Below, piece after piece: positions 13,205-27,796 of a stretch of DNA of 64,000 bases (the first letter of the stretch is position 1; every line of letters begins with the position of its first letter). The notes beneath the pieces are model-generated. The model saw only the letters and a list, made by a program, of their open reading frames with translations, was not told where the DNA came from and did no database searches. A program made the translations under genes and the position numbers. Source of the DNA: Cirrosporium novae-zelandiae (Eukaryota); NCBI GenBank assembly GCA_026023565.1, contig JAPETS010000016.1, positions 558,001 to 622,000 on the forward strand, in the 5' to 3' direction.

Positions 13205-14289
13205 ATGGCCCAAATAAGTTCACTTGCCACCCGAGTGAAGCTTGGTAGCTTCCCCCATTTGTCAAGGTCTATTCACATATTGTTCATTCAACTAACTTGA
13301 TAAGCCAATGGCATTTCTACGCCCAAAATTCATCTTGGTGTCTATCTCGTATCTGGTCCAGATACGGTTCAAACAGTTCGATGGGCATTGGAAGCTGGAT
13401 ATCGTGGGTATGATATAGTCAGGTAATGAAAAAAAAAACTATACATTTGACTGATTGTTTTAGGTTTGATTCCGCTCAAATGTATGGGAATGAGCAGGAA
13501 GTCGGAAGTGCAATAAACTCGTTTCTCAATAGTAAAGCAAATACGCTTGGATTGAAGCGTGAGGACATTTGGTTCACTTCCAAATTGTCTTCCAATACAA
13601 GCTATGATGCTGCCAGGCGATCCATCAAGACATCCGTCAAGGAATGTGGTTTAGGATATATTGATCTTTTCCTTCTCCATAGTCCATATGGTGGAAAAGC
13701 AAAAAGGCTTGAATGCTGGAAAGCTGTCGAGGATGCAGTGGAAGCTGGGGAGGTCAAGAGTGCTGGCGTTAGCAATTTTGGTGTTAGGCACGTAGGTTTG
13801 ACTAGAATAATTTTTGTGGTTCATACTAAGAAATGTGAAATAGCTTCAAGAATTGATCGACTCCAAACCACGCATGCTACCAGTCGTCAATCAGATTGAA
13901 GTCCATCCATTTAACACCAGAACGAAGATCACTAGTTTCTGTCAACAGAACAACATTGTCGTCGAGGCCTATGCACCATTAGTTCGAGCTTTGCGAATGA
14001 ACCACCCAACGATCGTGTCCCTCTCGAAGAAATATAACACAAATCCAGGAGCACTGCTCGTTCGATGGTCTTTCCAGCATGACTTTGTTCCTCTACCAAA
14101 AAGTGTTCACAAGGAAAGGATCGTTCAGAATGCCAATATTGATGGGTTCGAGATCGACGCTCAAGATATGAAAACTCTAGATGGCCTAGATGAGTATCTA
14201 GTCACAGGTTAGCATTTCACCTCTACACCCTTTATTTTGAAGAGAACTAATGTCGAATGGCAGATTGGGATCCTGTTGATGCTCCTTAA
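13205..14289 (+). CDS. Aldo/keto reductase family oxidoreductase
   Basis: Exons 13205-13244, 13305-13407, 13464-13791, 13844-14207, 14264-14289. Motifs [36 protein letters not shown] and PLPKS. Confidence 0.93.
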
Positions 14290-14497
14290 GTGGTGAGTTG
14301 TCGACTAAAACATGAATCTAAAAAATTTCCATGGGCAGCTAGGCAGTATTATTGATTAAAGAGTAAACCATTTTAAGGATAGTAAATAAATTGAAAGATG
14401 AAAAAATGAGAAAATTTCAAAGTCTCGTGTGACAAGTTTGGATAGCCGGTAAGGCCGATGAGAAAAATAACGCATATGGGCAGTCTGTAGACAGTGG

Positions 14498-15158
14498 TGA
14501 TAATCTGCCCTATTCACTGCTCAACCCCATGAAAATATTTTTCTTACTTTTCTTACCCTGACCACGTAGTTTTTTTTTTTAGTACCCCTGTAAATGAAGA
14601 TGGAGGGGTGGAGTAAGGGGAAGGTCCAGACATCGAACATCAACATGGATGTAAAGGAATAGTGAAGCAGTACCACAGTAGTACAGGTTCTCGGGCATCC
14701 AGGAATCTGGAGGAGTTCAGATGCTAAATCCAAGGTAGAAAAGCTTTTCTGATTAAGAAATACTTACATGTAACTAATGTACATGTTCGATGTGTGGATG
14801 GCCTCTTGGCTTGTGTATTCTCGCGTATCTAGGTTAGTCCTTATCGTAGAAATATCATTGGCTACCCGTCACTTTATGACTGAATTTCCTTTCCCATCAA
14901 TTGGCCTCCTCCTCTCAGAGAAGGGAGAATACACCAACAATGCCTTCTAAATGTCCCCGACGGATCAATGTCACATCAACGACGTCCTATCACTGGATAA
15001 TTGCATTTCTGTATCATTACCAATGGCCCAGCAGTGGCTTTACATCATTCGCTGTGATGGCTCCAATATCCTAGTCGAGGCGTCATATTCAATTGAATGA
15101 TGGCTGCTTGCTTTTCCCAGAATCTGTGAATACGGGAAAGACGAGATGATTATTTAAA
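14498..15158 (+). promoter_or_regulatory. gdhA upstream region with GATA (AreA/Nit2-type) and CCAAT motifs
   Basis: HGATAR sites at 14498, 14841 (reverse) and 14987 (reverse); CCAAT/ATTGG at 14857, 14900 and 15020; TATTTAAA at 15151. These are short motifs, supported mainly by known regulation of fungal NADP-GDH genes. Confidence 0.4.
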
Positions 15159-15333
15159 GTCGATACTTTCTCTTTCAATTTCTCTACATCTTCCTCTCTG
15201 TTCTTCATCTCTTCAGTATTCCTACTTATCACTGATCTTGACGTCTTCTTCCATCTTCATTTGTAATCTTATCACGAGCCTTAATCGATATTAAGCACTA
15301 TAACTTGTATCTCAGATATTCCTATCGGTCACA

Positions 15334-17073
<1,740 letters not shown>

Positions 17074-17799
17074 TTATTTTTCCTATTTCGACAAAGATAC
17101 CATGAGGTTTTACTGTTAGATACTATTGGAAGAGGGGGGGGGGTAGTTATAGCGGTTAGATATTCCCTTTAGTAATTCGGTTCTTTTCTATATTTCACTT
17201 ATAATGTTTGTGAGTATGTTAGCTCATGGATGTAACTCTAGAAAGCCGCTAGCGACCCCGATAAGAATCTCTTAGCACTCAATTTAGCAAGTTTCTTTTG
17301 CAAATTTGGCTTTTTGATACTAGGTGATTAAAAGTAATACTTATTACAACTGTTGAAGACGGCATCACTATACATTCGCTATAATGCATTACGTCATAAT
17401 ATACTACTATCTTATATCTCGTAGATCATGGGTCTGGGTATTTAAACTGCAGGCACAACATCGAGAGAACTCCCTTTCGAGTGAAGATAGCCACCCACAT
17501 GCCACCTAGATAATCGGCTATTAACCAATTTTTGAAGCTTAGAGGCGAGCTCTCTTTATTGCAAACCATGCTACTTGAAAATCGATCGTGTCGTTACTGT
17601 ATATTCACATCTACCTAATTCATCTATACAACGAATTACGCCCGAGGTCAAAGGGTTGGGTTGACACTAGCTTCTTTCTAGTATTCACTTGGCCGAATTG
17701 TGAAGCTGGCGATTCGGGAGGGAGTTCGGTAGTTGTTCTGCTAGATTGGAAATGAGATGGCGAGTCTTGTAGATATAGCTTTACCCTGTATGGTAGAGC

Positions 17800-19500
17800 G
17801 AAATGACTAGGGGTGTATTATACGGACGGGCAGGTGACGGGTAAAGCCGTAATAAAATTCCTTCAGCCGAAACAACCACAGAGCTTAATCTAACCTTCCA
17901 CTTTACTACACAGGAACATCCACAATCATCTTTTTGCCCTGAGCAGACCTACATCTTTGTACATTCTTCGTTATGGGGATCTCTCCCTATGCCAAATGCC
18001 TTTTAATGGTGGAGCCTTGAGAAACGAAATCGATCGCTAAATATTCCTATCGCAAAGTTACCACCTCATTATCATATGTACCAACCAGCCGGAGGAGGAG
18101 AGTCATTTCAATATCAATCGCCGGGGTGCATGCCGTTTTCCATGGGTCTAGAAAAGGTCAATGACAAAGCTTGGCCTTCATATGGCGTCCCCATCGCGAC
18201 GGGCTTGCAGAATGCTGCTGCGGAGTACTCATTGGTGATAGTTGATGGATATGAAGTAGACCAGGGAAGGTTTTGTGATACAGTGGTCCTCGTTGACCTG
18301 TGCTTGATCATCTGGGATTGGACAAATCAGAAACCGCTTGAGTGATCTCATGACATATACAACTGTTAATGGATGTACTCTTGGTAAAAAATCAAAGCCT
18401 AATATAAAAGGCTGCTTACCTTCCTAAATGCACGAGAGCAGGGATTACATAGACCTCCTCCCTCTAATCTATCCCTGCAGCTGCCATGTTGTCCTCTACT
18501 TGAACCTCTCCAGAGTCCTCTTGCATGCATCAGGTCCCTCTATCTCCGACTAGGCACAATGCGTTAAGCTTAGGGTCCTTATGACTTAGTACTTCCTTCA
18601 ATCAAAGAGCGTGGGCGAGGCCAGTAAATCTGCGGTCGGTGATCCCTACATCTTATGTAGGCTTGGAACAATAAAGGATTCTGGTCTCCTCTGGTCCTCG
18701 ATGAATTTGTTGGTCGTAACAAGCTCCTGGCTCTCCGGTTATCAAGAATGAAATAGGAAACTCAGAGAAAAGTACCTGTGAGTTTGGTTAAGACTGTTAA
18801 TCAAGTTGGACTGTCGAGTGTGTTCTTCATGCACTGTCTTATGTCAGCCAGTCCCATAGCTACTCTCCATCCTTGATAGAATTGATACACAGGCTACTCA
18901 CGATTCGCTCTTGAAAATGATTGACTGTGATCGAGGAGTAGGATGATGATGCCGATGGGTTAAGTTGTGTCTTGGGATTAGAGTACGCACCTTGGTATAT
19001 AACTTAGGCTACCTTCGATCTTGAGTAACTCTTGTGGGCGTGTGAGTGTATTGGTTTCGAAGTGCCGGCATTGAAATACGAAGGAATCCAACACCCTCTC
19101 CTTAGTTGAAGGTTCCATCGGCATGCGATGCTTCAATGATCTTGCTCCTCGGATGGAAGCATGATTGCTAAATAGGAGTGGGGTTGTATGATGATGTTGC
19201 TAAAGTGACAAGAATATGGTAGCATGGTCGATGAGGAGGTGTAAATGTTTGAACCACAGTTCATACTGATACTGGGATGAATCTTCTGTGATGTCAAAAG
19301 AGATGCTGCTTCGGCAATAGCCTTCTTAAGGAGTGTCATGGCAGTGAGTATGAATGGCCTCACGACGCGTACTAAGAACGTGGGTGGGTTGGCATCTACT
19401 GTTGACAAGAGATGGTGGGATCTAAACAGTGCACGTGACACGATTGGTCGGCCTGTCATGGAGGGTTGGGGCAACTTTTTCCTAAGTCAATAGACTGTTG
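17800..19500 (-). pseudogene. Degenerate coding-like relic of unknown origin
   Basis: The minus frame from 19460 to about 18990 is interrupted only by TAG (19424), TAA (19328) and TAG (19202). There is a TATA-like element near 19515 and fragmented frames further downstream. No family recognised. Confidence 0.35.
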
Positions 19501-20288
19501 GTCTAGGGTGCCCTTTATATATTAGAATTTGGGGTCTCTTATTCAACAATAGGCGGCCTGGCTCAACGGCACTTTGTTCAGTTATGGCTATAACTGCGAT
19601 CGAAGACCCTTACGTTCAACTCCGACCAACGTCGAAAAAAAGAAACCAAGCGATGGCCACAATAACATAACAAACTTAGGATGAGGCCTAAGTTTGAGAG
19701 GAGGACCAAAACCTGGGTTGGAGGTCGAAGAACCCCCGGGCAGGGGGGTTATCATAGGATGCCATCAGGGGCATCTGAACTTTTTGCTATTTTTACCTTA
19801 TATTTTTTTTAATATATATATATATATATTTCTTTATGTAACAAAGCTTATTCCTCCTCTAATGCAGCAGAATCAATGATATATTAATGTTAGGCCACCT
19901 TAATAATCGACTCACGCTTTACACCTCCTAGATTTAAGAGAGGTCAGACTTTCGTCAGGTTCTCATGGTAATATGATTTGGAAACAAAATTTCAGGGATA
20001 ACATATGCTCACCTCACCTAGCACAGGTTTTATTTATATATAGCAGCTTCGTTTTACTAATCAGATCGGCTAACAAGTATGGTAAGGTGAACGGGCTATA
20101 TCTCAATACAAATTTCAATGTAAATGTCAATCGGTACATGTGTTAGGGCAAAGGCATTAGTACTGTATTCGATTCTAGTTTTTAACTATTTCTATTCTTA
20201 ATTCACACTAACTGCTCCCAATCCTTAACCGTGACATATATAACGCCCCTTTTCCGTTCCTTTTCTATACCAAACTTCAGTCCCCGTA

Positions 20289-21478
20289 TCACTGTTTCCC
20301 TTGACTGCTGCTGCGAAGCTTTTGTTTCAATTTGCGAGTTACTTTCATGCTTTTTTCTAAAACCATAGTGCCCAACTCTCCATGTTCTAATGTCTCTCCT
20401 CCTCGTCTCGCAATCTCCAAATATTTTAATCTTTCAGTATCGTGCTCTCCTAGAGGGACGACGATACCAACATATTTTAAGAGGATTGCGTTCATGATCA
20501 ACCGGCAAGTACGGCCATTACCATCGAGAAAAGGGTGGATATTAACGAAAGCATGGCAGTATTTCGCAGCCAAATTGTACGGGTCTAGCTTTCCGGACCG
20601 CTCGATTTGTACAATATCTTGGTGGTATTCTTTGATTAATTCGTCCATCTTTTGTGGTATATATTTGGGCACCACAAAATTCGACGACCCTGCACCTACC
20701 ACTACGGTGCGGTAATACCCCCCTAAATGGTGCTCGGAGTTCCAGAAACGTGGTCGATTCCTTTTGTAAGGATACGATGGGTCTCTTTGATAAGGTCTTC
20801 TGTCATGAGTTGGTCTTTGATCACTAGTGCATTGGTTATGTATTGTAAGACTCGAGCATGCTGGATGACTTCTCTTCGGGATTGGATAATTAATTCCTTT
20901 GATGGCTTATGGTTCTCCTCCCCCTTTCCTTTTTTCAACTTCGCTATCAGGTATACCAACGCTTTTTCATACTCTTCGGACCCTTCGCTCACTTCGGCAT
21001 CCACAGATTCCCCTTCAAATATTTGTTCACATATTTTTATCGTTTCATCTAGCCCAAGGCCAACTCTCTCTATCTGGTTGCTGCCAAAAATGGCGACGAT
21101 CATATTCTTTGTCATTGCTGTTTCAAAATGAAAGGGATTTTTGAGGTTCGTAATCAGTTCTTGGAGATTGGTGTGATATGTAAGAACCTTATTAAAAAAT
21201 ATTTGAGGGTCGGAGGAGCCTTCGTATTGACGATACTGGTCGGGCATGGAGATGGTGAAGTTTAGAGATTGATAGGAAGATTTTGACAATGACGACGTCT
21301 AGTTTGGCCACCCCTTTTCTCGGAATGAGCCATATAGCCTTTTGAGAAACGGCTGTTTAACGTCCGGAGAAGAAGAAGAAGAAGGAGAATGGGAAGACGA
21401 TGAGATATAAAGACCCTCAGATGCATTTGTCAAACTGAGACGCTTGTGTAGACTTGAGCTTCTGATTTTGCCAGCCAT
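20289..21478 (-). pseudogene. Fic/DOC-domain protein gene, disrupted by a nonsense codon and a frameshift
   Basis: ATG 21478, in-frame TAG at 21301-21299, frame continues to a 1-nt frameshift at ~20724 (ATT TA- GGG GGG TAT TAC). The downstream frame carries the canonical Fic motif HPFLDGNGRTCR. Confidence 0.8.
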
Positions 21479-21804
21479 AGTGAGTATTATTAAATAAAAT
21501 TTTGTGCTGTGGTTTTGATGAAGTATTTAGCTGATTTCCTTGCTTAAGTGGTTTAAATACTTAGGTGGGTTATGTTGGAGCGGGGCGTGACACTGTCTAA
21601 ATAGTGGCTACTGTCTCAACAGATTTCAAACCTGGCTATAAGAAAAAAGCGTTTGGGCGGAGAAGTGAATAGGCTAAGCTTGTCTTAAGGGTCCCTAGCA
21701 CTTTATATCAAAAACCCTATATCAGCAAACAGATTTCTCCCTCGGAACTGTTGTTAAACTCCGGGTCCCCTAAGAACAATTTTTACTACGTTTTTGCTCT
21801 CTGG

Positions 21805-21900
21805 GTCACTTAAGCAGTCACCTTGTCACCGAAGCAGTCACCGAAGCAGTCGCCTAAGGAGCCATCTAAACAGTCACCTAAACAGTCACTTAGTCACTTA
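21805..21900. repeat. Degenerate 12-bp tandem repeat (AARCAGTCACCK)
   Basis: aagcagtcacc / gaagcagtcacc / gaagcagtcgcc / taaacagtcacc / taaacagtcact, followed by a very AT-rich tract. Confidence 0.7.
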
Positions 21901-22131
21901 TATATTGATTGAAATATATAAAATATATTAGAAAATACAAATAATAGTCTACGTAGGTAATTTAATAGTGTAATTTGTAATAACCTTAACAACCTTAATT
22001 TACTCATACTCATACTCGAGTACATAAATAATCTCAATACCACCGACAATCATAATCCATAATCGACAATCTGAATCAACATTTACATTTATAAAGGATC
22101 CACTCACATCCACTCCGAATCCCATCTTCCA

Positions 22132-22163
<32 letters not shown>

Positions 22164-22950
22164 AAAAAAGCAATCCCACATCACACACCACACATTCTCC
22201 AAACCCCCTATTAAAAGCAAAAAAGCAATGTTGAAACGCATGACATATATACATCTTGACATCTTGGACATTTCGGATTAGGATATGCAAATCAAATTAC
22301 CTAATCACCTGTTAAGCATATCTATATTTATAAACTATGGCTGCGGTTGTGATTGTGTGACTGCAATCTACGGGTTGTCACGTTTCTAAGTACCAAATAC
22401 CAAGTACGTCGTGGTGGAAATGGGAATGCGGCATGGTAATGTTGGCTTGGTTACTATTACCCGGGTCCTTATTTTCTTACTGGGTTATCTGGAGGGGGTA
22501 GATATATGTCTAGATAGGTAGGTATAGTTATGGATAGACAGCCCTAAAAGAGCGAGTAGATGTTACTCATGAAGAGGTCCACCCCATGTTGTGAGCAGAT
22601 ACTTGATAATCGATGGTCTCAAGATACTAAAAATATGAAAAAAGGGTAGAAAAAGTATCTCAAAATATTTACTCCTAGGATAACGACAGTGCCAATTGAG
22701 ATATCTAATCTAGCTAACTCGACTTTTCCATCGTCTTGTCTTCGGCCCCTAACGCCGTAAACTCACAATGACAAATTATCAGGCAGACCATTCTCGATGC
22801 CTAATCGAACCACACCAACTCCACCCATGATCTTCAGAGCTGGGTTATCCTCAAATGCAACATGACTGCCGGTTGGAATTAATCTCATCAACGCCACACT
22901 ACCATGCTGTCATTATTCCATCATCGGTCCATCTGCCATTATCTGCAGCC

Positions 22951-25635
22951 TCACGGTCCCATTCGAATACCTGCGTGCATCACCCCGAGACTACCTTGGT
23001 TGGGAGGAGCGTTGTTTCCGCTAGAAAGTATCGCCGCTGCATACGAACGACCCGAAGCTGACCTCGGTGCTTCAGGAAATGGAGAAACCTCAGATGGAGG
23101 GGGCTTTGGTGGAAGATGCGCAGGAGTGCCCCATTTGGCAAGAGAATTTGGGGTTGAGTTCGATGGGTTTTGGTTCTGTCTCTTCAAGTTTTGGATAGCA
23201 TCTTGATGCGATCCTGTCGAATTGTTATCATTCATTTGAGGAATTGGTGGGGACGGCCCATAATTGCCTCCAGGAGGTGGGTGGTTATTTTGCATCGAAC
23301 GAGGCTCAAACCGATTAGGGGGAATAACTCCACCATTCGTGTTAGGATAATTGTTCCCTGGAGGCCGATATGCGGGAGGTAGGCTACTGGGTATAAAAGA
23401 CTTGGTTTGGGGGTTAAACCCACCATTTATGTAATTACCTTGCATCGGGTGCTGGTTGGGAAGCTTTGGTGTCCCTTGATTGAAAGGTGTGTTTGGGAAT
23501 GTGCCATATGGATAATTTGGGCCGTATGACTGATTGTTCGTGCTCGGAACTGGAGGGAAATTTGGCCAATGAACAGGCTGTTGATTCTGTGGGCCACACG
23601 GTTGGTAAGGTCCACCGTAATAGTTTTGGTTCCATTGCTGGTCCATATGTTGTGATGGTGGACACCCAGAATACTGATTATAAGTATTGGGGATTGGAGA
23701 CGGCATCCGTGGAGACTGTTGCACGGGCATTGGATTAGGAAGTTTCGGTGATGAGTAATTATGGGGATAAACTTGTGGATAGGACTGTTCATTGCTCGTC
23801 TGGTTTGAGACGCCGGGCATCATCGGATACGGGACCATATAGTTTGAATTTGGCTGAGGATACTGTTGATAGCTTGGACCTTGCATCTGCTGCATAGGAA
23901 CAAAAGTTGAACGCCCATAACCAGCGTTAAAGTTTGAGTTGTTGGGTACATATTGGTTAGTAAATGCCTGTCCACCCGGCATGGGCCCATAGGAGGGATT
24001 GGAGTAATCCACCGAGGTGTAGACCGCATTATATTGTGATCTTGCTTCAAAGCCATCGTCATTAAAGTTTTTGTGCTTCTTTGATTTCTTCTTTCCACTC
24101 CTAGAGCTCGACCGGGACAGACTATTTCCACTCTCGGGTGTTCCAGCCTCTGCAGGGTCTGATTCCTCGATCCCTTTGAAAATACGTTCCCGTGCCTCTT
24201 TGTATTTAGCTTCTCGTTCTTCACGAGATAGCGTAGCTCTATCTTTCGTCACCGATGAATTGCCCGGTGAAGTAACCCCTTCATTATCACCCCCATTTTC
24301 TGACGATGATTTAGATTGGAGGGAGGAATTTATAGCCGACGGATCTCCGTTCTTGGCCTTTGATTTTGGGTCACCTCTACGCATAATCTTGAAGTTGCTC
24401 GGTGGAGGTGTATGACCGGTTGTTGGGGAATTGGATATCGAGGAGAGAGGTTCCGGTCTGCATGTCATTAGTACAGATAAAATCTCAAATGTTAGAGAAA
24501 CTTACAATCTGCAATAAGGAGTGCGGAATAGACGCACAGAACTGACATTATTATCCACAAAATGTGTCAAATGGTAATAATCTGCAAGTTTATGCGTAAG
24601 AAGTCGACAAAATGAGTTACTTGGAGGTAGGTCTAGAATAGGATCCCTAATCTGTAGTCAGTATCTCTATAATATTTGCTTGGAGGTTGACATACTTTGA
24701 ATCTCGGACAAAAAGAATAACTTTCTGCTCCAGCTGAAGGAGAAATAGCCGATCCTTGGGAGATTCCATTGCCTCCAGTAACTTGTCATCGGGATTCCGA
24801 GGGAGAAACATCAAAGGAGTGTCGTTTGCTGGAAAAGATTCATTTCCCGGAAGAGTGGGTTGAGATAGAGGTACACTGCTTTGGAGGTCAACTGGAGAGG
24901 GGCTTTTCTCTTCTTGAACCCCAGGAATACCAATTTTGGCACCAACGACATGTCTCATGGCCGATGACCCGATTCTTTCATTTATCTCTCGATACTGATC
25001 TCGAAATGGTCGATGGCCACCTTCGGAACCAACTCTAGAATTTGCCGTGCCAGAGGCTCGGCCAGATATTGATTCGTCCTCCTCAATTGCCTGAACACTG
25101 GCGCTATCATCGGGGCGCAACGACTCCTTTTCATCAAAAGGAAACGCGGTTGTAGATGCAGCACTCTTACTATCAAGGCTAGTCGGCTTCGTTGAAGAAT
25201 TCGACAAATGCGTCTCGTCATCGTCAAAGTAAGCGTCATGTTTGGTTCGTTCGAAATGGGCAACCGCATGATCGGTAGAATCTCCTTTGGGGTGTACACT
25301 ACTAATACGAAGAGATCCCATAGCAGCGTTCAAATGATTTTCATGACTATCACCGTGGGTTTCCGCCTGGTGCTCTGGCTTTGCATCCATAATCTGAACA
25401 GTTGGCGCTAATCCATTAACATCTCCGGCAGATTGTTTCTTATCCACATTTTCTGGTTTTGACTGCACTCCATTGATTTTTGGAGTCACATGAGTATTAG
25501 GCTTTATATGAGCCATAGCCGCGACCTAGCAATTCGATAAAGGATCAGTAATTAAGTCGGACAGAGATTAGAGAATGCGCTTACTTTTGCGAAAGAAGGT
25601 TTGTTGTCTCGCTCAACGAGGCCTTGTGTAGCCAT
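22951..25635 (-). CDS. R3H- and SUZ-domain RNA-binding protein (Rbs1/ARPP21-like)
   Basis: Exons 25635-25585 (MATQGLVERDNKPSFAK), 25525-24696, 24646-24506 and 24457-22951. R3H motif NSFCRLLTHKLADYYHLTH; SUZ motif SREEREAKYKEARERIF; P/Q/N/Y-rich tail. Confidence 0.9.
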
Positions 25636-26676
25636 TTGACGTCAAATCTTGAATGAAAGGAAGACGGATAAGGAGCAAATGGCACGATAAATTCGGTCGT
25701 CACGACACTAGATTCAAATGTTTGGGAGGAGCAAAGATATCCAAGGACCCCAAGTTCACACAGCACCATCAGAAAAAGAGACACATAAGCGCATTTGGGT
25801 GATGTTCGCCATGAGTGTTGGAAACAGTCAGTATATGTGGGCGCGGGGCATGAGAGATTTCCAGGAATAATCAATAGGCCATGCAAGAAACTTATGATTA
25901 TAGGATTGAAGGCGAAGTTGGGGGGGTTGAAGTTGACGCCCTTGGCTAGCCAAAGTGGATGGGAGGTCGTTCTGGTGGCAGGATGAAGGCGCGGTAGGAG
26001 ATAGGTAAGTTTGTGAGGTGGTGGAACAGGGAACGAATATTGAAGTTCAAATCAGCGGCTTCCTCACCCAGTCGTGCCAGTGTTCTTTTTTTATTCTAAC
26101 CAAATGTGGGATTAACAGGGATTTACTGAGACTAGCAGGGGGGGAGAATGGATAAACCAAAATTCCAAGGGGGATTACTGCCCTTACTACCCAGACACGC
26201 CAAATTACTTAGTACTTTGGGGGGGAGACACGGGGACACGGGGAGGCAAAGGGCCAAAGTACCTACCTAGAGGTACCTAGAGGTACCCAAAGAGAACGCT
26301 AAAACCAAATACAAGGCTGTGTATTATTCTGAGCTCTCTCTCAGACGAAAAAAAACAAGCCTTGGGCAACATTAGCAATCATAAATCATAAAATCATAAA
26401 TAACTATCTACTTCTTCGCGCGAGAGTGCTTAATATATCAATAATCAGTATCCTTCCTCCTTAGGTTTTGGAGGAACCCCCTTGATTTTAATTCTTACCA
26501 TCTTCTTGTCTCTGTCATTCCCATCCTCTTCTAGCCGGCTTTCTTTTTACTTTCGTAATAGCATAGCTATTTTGATTCTTGAACTGTCGCACAACCATCA
26601 TCTCCTTGACAGACACACAGAACAGCTTATACATCTCTCTACAATACCTTACGCCTTTTCCGGCTGCTAGTAATCT

Positions 26677-27796
26677 ATGCATCGATATCGAGGGGCCTCA
26701 TTTGGTGGCGGTCCTAGCAAAGCCTCTGCTACAACACTCTGCCAGAAATGCTTGAAACGAGATAAGACCTCTTCGATTGTTAGACAGGACTGGAAGCTAA
26801 CATTATCCTTACGGCACTACAGCTATGAATGCAAGGTCACTGCCCAAGAACGACCATATCTCTCTCGACCTTCTCGAACTCAGCAACTCTCAAACCCGTC
26901 GCTAGTCCCTAAATTAACAAGCGATGTGCCAAATGATCTCCTTCGAAAGTACGCGATATTCTCCCCTTGACATTCATAACCACTCACCAGATGTTTTTAG
27001 AAAGGGAATTGCCGACGAGCAACTAGCTAAGCGGGAAAAAGAACGAGCTAGGTCGCGCTCGTCCTCTGTTGTTCGTAGCAGAAGCAGAAGCAGAAGTAGT
27101 GGTAGAAGACGCCGATCTAGACCTAGGTCAATTTCAACGTCGTCATCGGGTTCAGTCTCCACCATCTCGACAAACCTCTCACGGTCAGGCTCGCTCAGGC
27201 GTAGGCAAATGGACGAGGATTCCGAAAATGACCAATTCTATACTTCTCAAAACCCGGTAGGGCTACGAGGGAGCAGCCCTCCATATCGTGAGAGTCGGAA
27301 AAGACGACATTCATCGACATCGTCATCTCTTTCATATATATCCGACTCGTCCACATACAAGCAAAGATCTAAAAACTCTCACGAACCTCCTCGCAATACA
27401 AGACGTCGCAGGTCTTCCAACAGCCCCGGTGAACGTGGTAGGAATTTTGGCAATTCTAGGCGCAGTGGTCGGGGAAGAAGTCGTAGTGGAAGTAGAAACA
27501 AAAGTTTCATTGCACGAAATAGACGATCGATGACCCCTGAGGATAAACAATCAAGAAGCCCAATGGATTTTGGACGAGATGGAAGGAATTCCCGTTACGA
27601 AGAGGAGGATACGTTTGCAAACCATGGTTCTGACTCCATGAGGAATGGATCAATGAGGGATCGGGAAGGCCGAGGCTCGAGAATGGATCATTTCAATGGT
27701 GGAAATCAGAACCGGCAACTTCGAAGAAAGGAGCGCAGTCTGAGTCCGTATGCCAAACGGATAGCTTTAACTCAAGCAATGAACATTGGTAGATAA
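26677..27796 (+). CDS. ZCCHC10-like zinc-knuckle, Ser/Arg-rich protein
   Basis: Exons 26677-26761, 26813-26948 and 27001-27796. Spliced knuckle CQKCLKRGHYSYEC followed by RPYLSRPSRT, an RS-rich body and a RSLSPYAKRIALTQAM C-terminus. Intron 1 is AT-AC. Confidence 0.85.

Noticed and set aside
20723..20775. GTATCCTT...TAG 53-nt segment (U12-like donor) whose removal would repair the Fic frameshift
   Set aside because: It has no branch site, it would delete the Fic-like HRILTKG helix residues, and this lineage lacks the minor spliceosome. A 1-nt deletion is more parsimonious.
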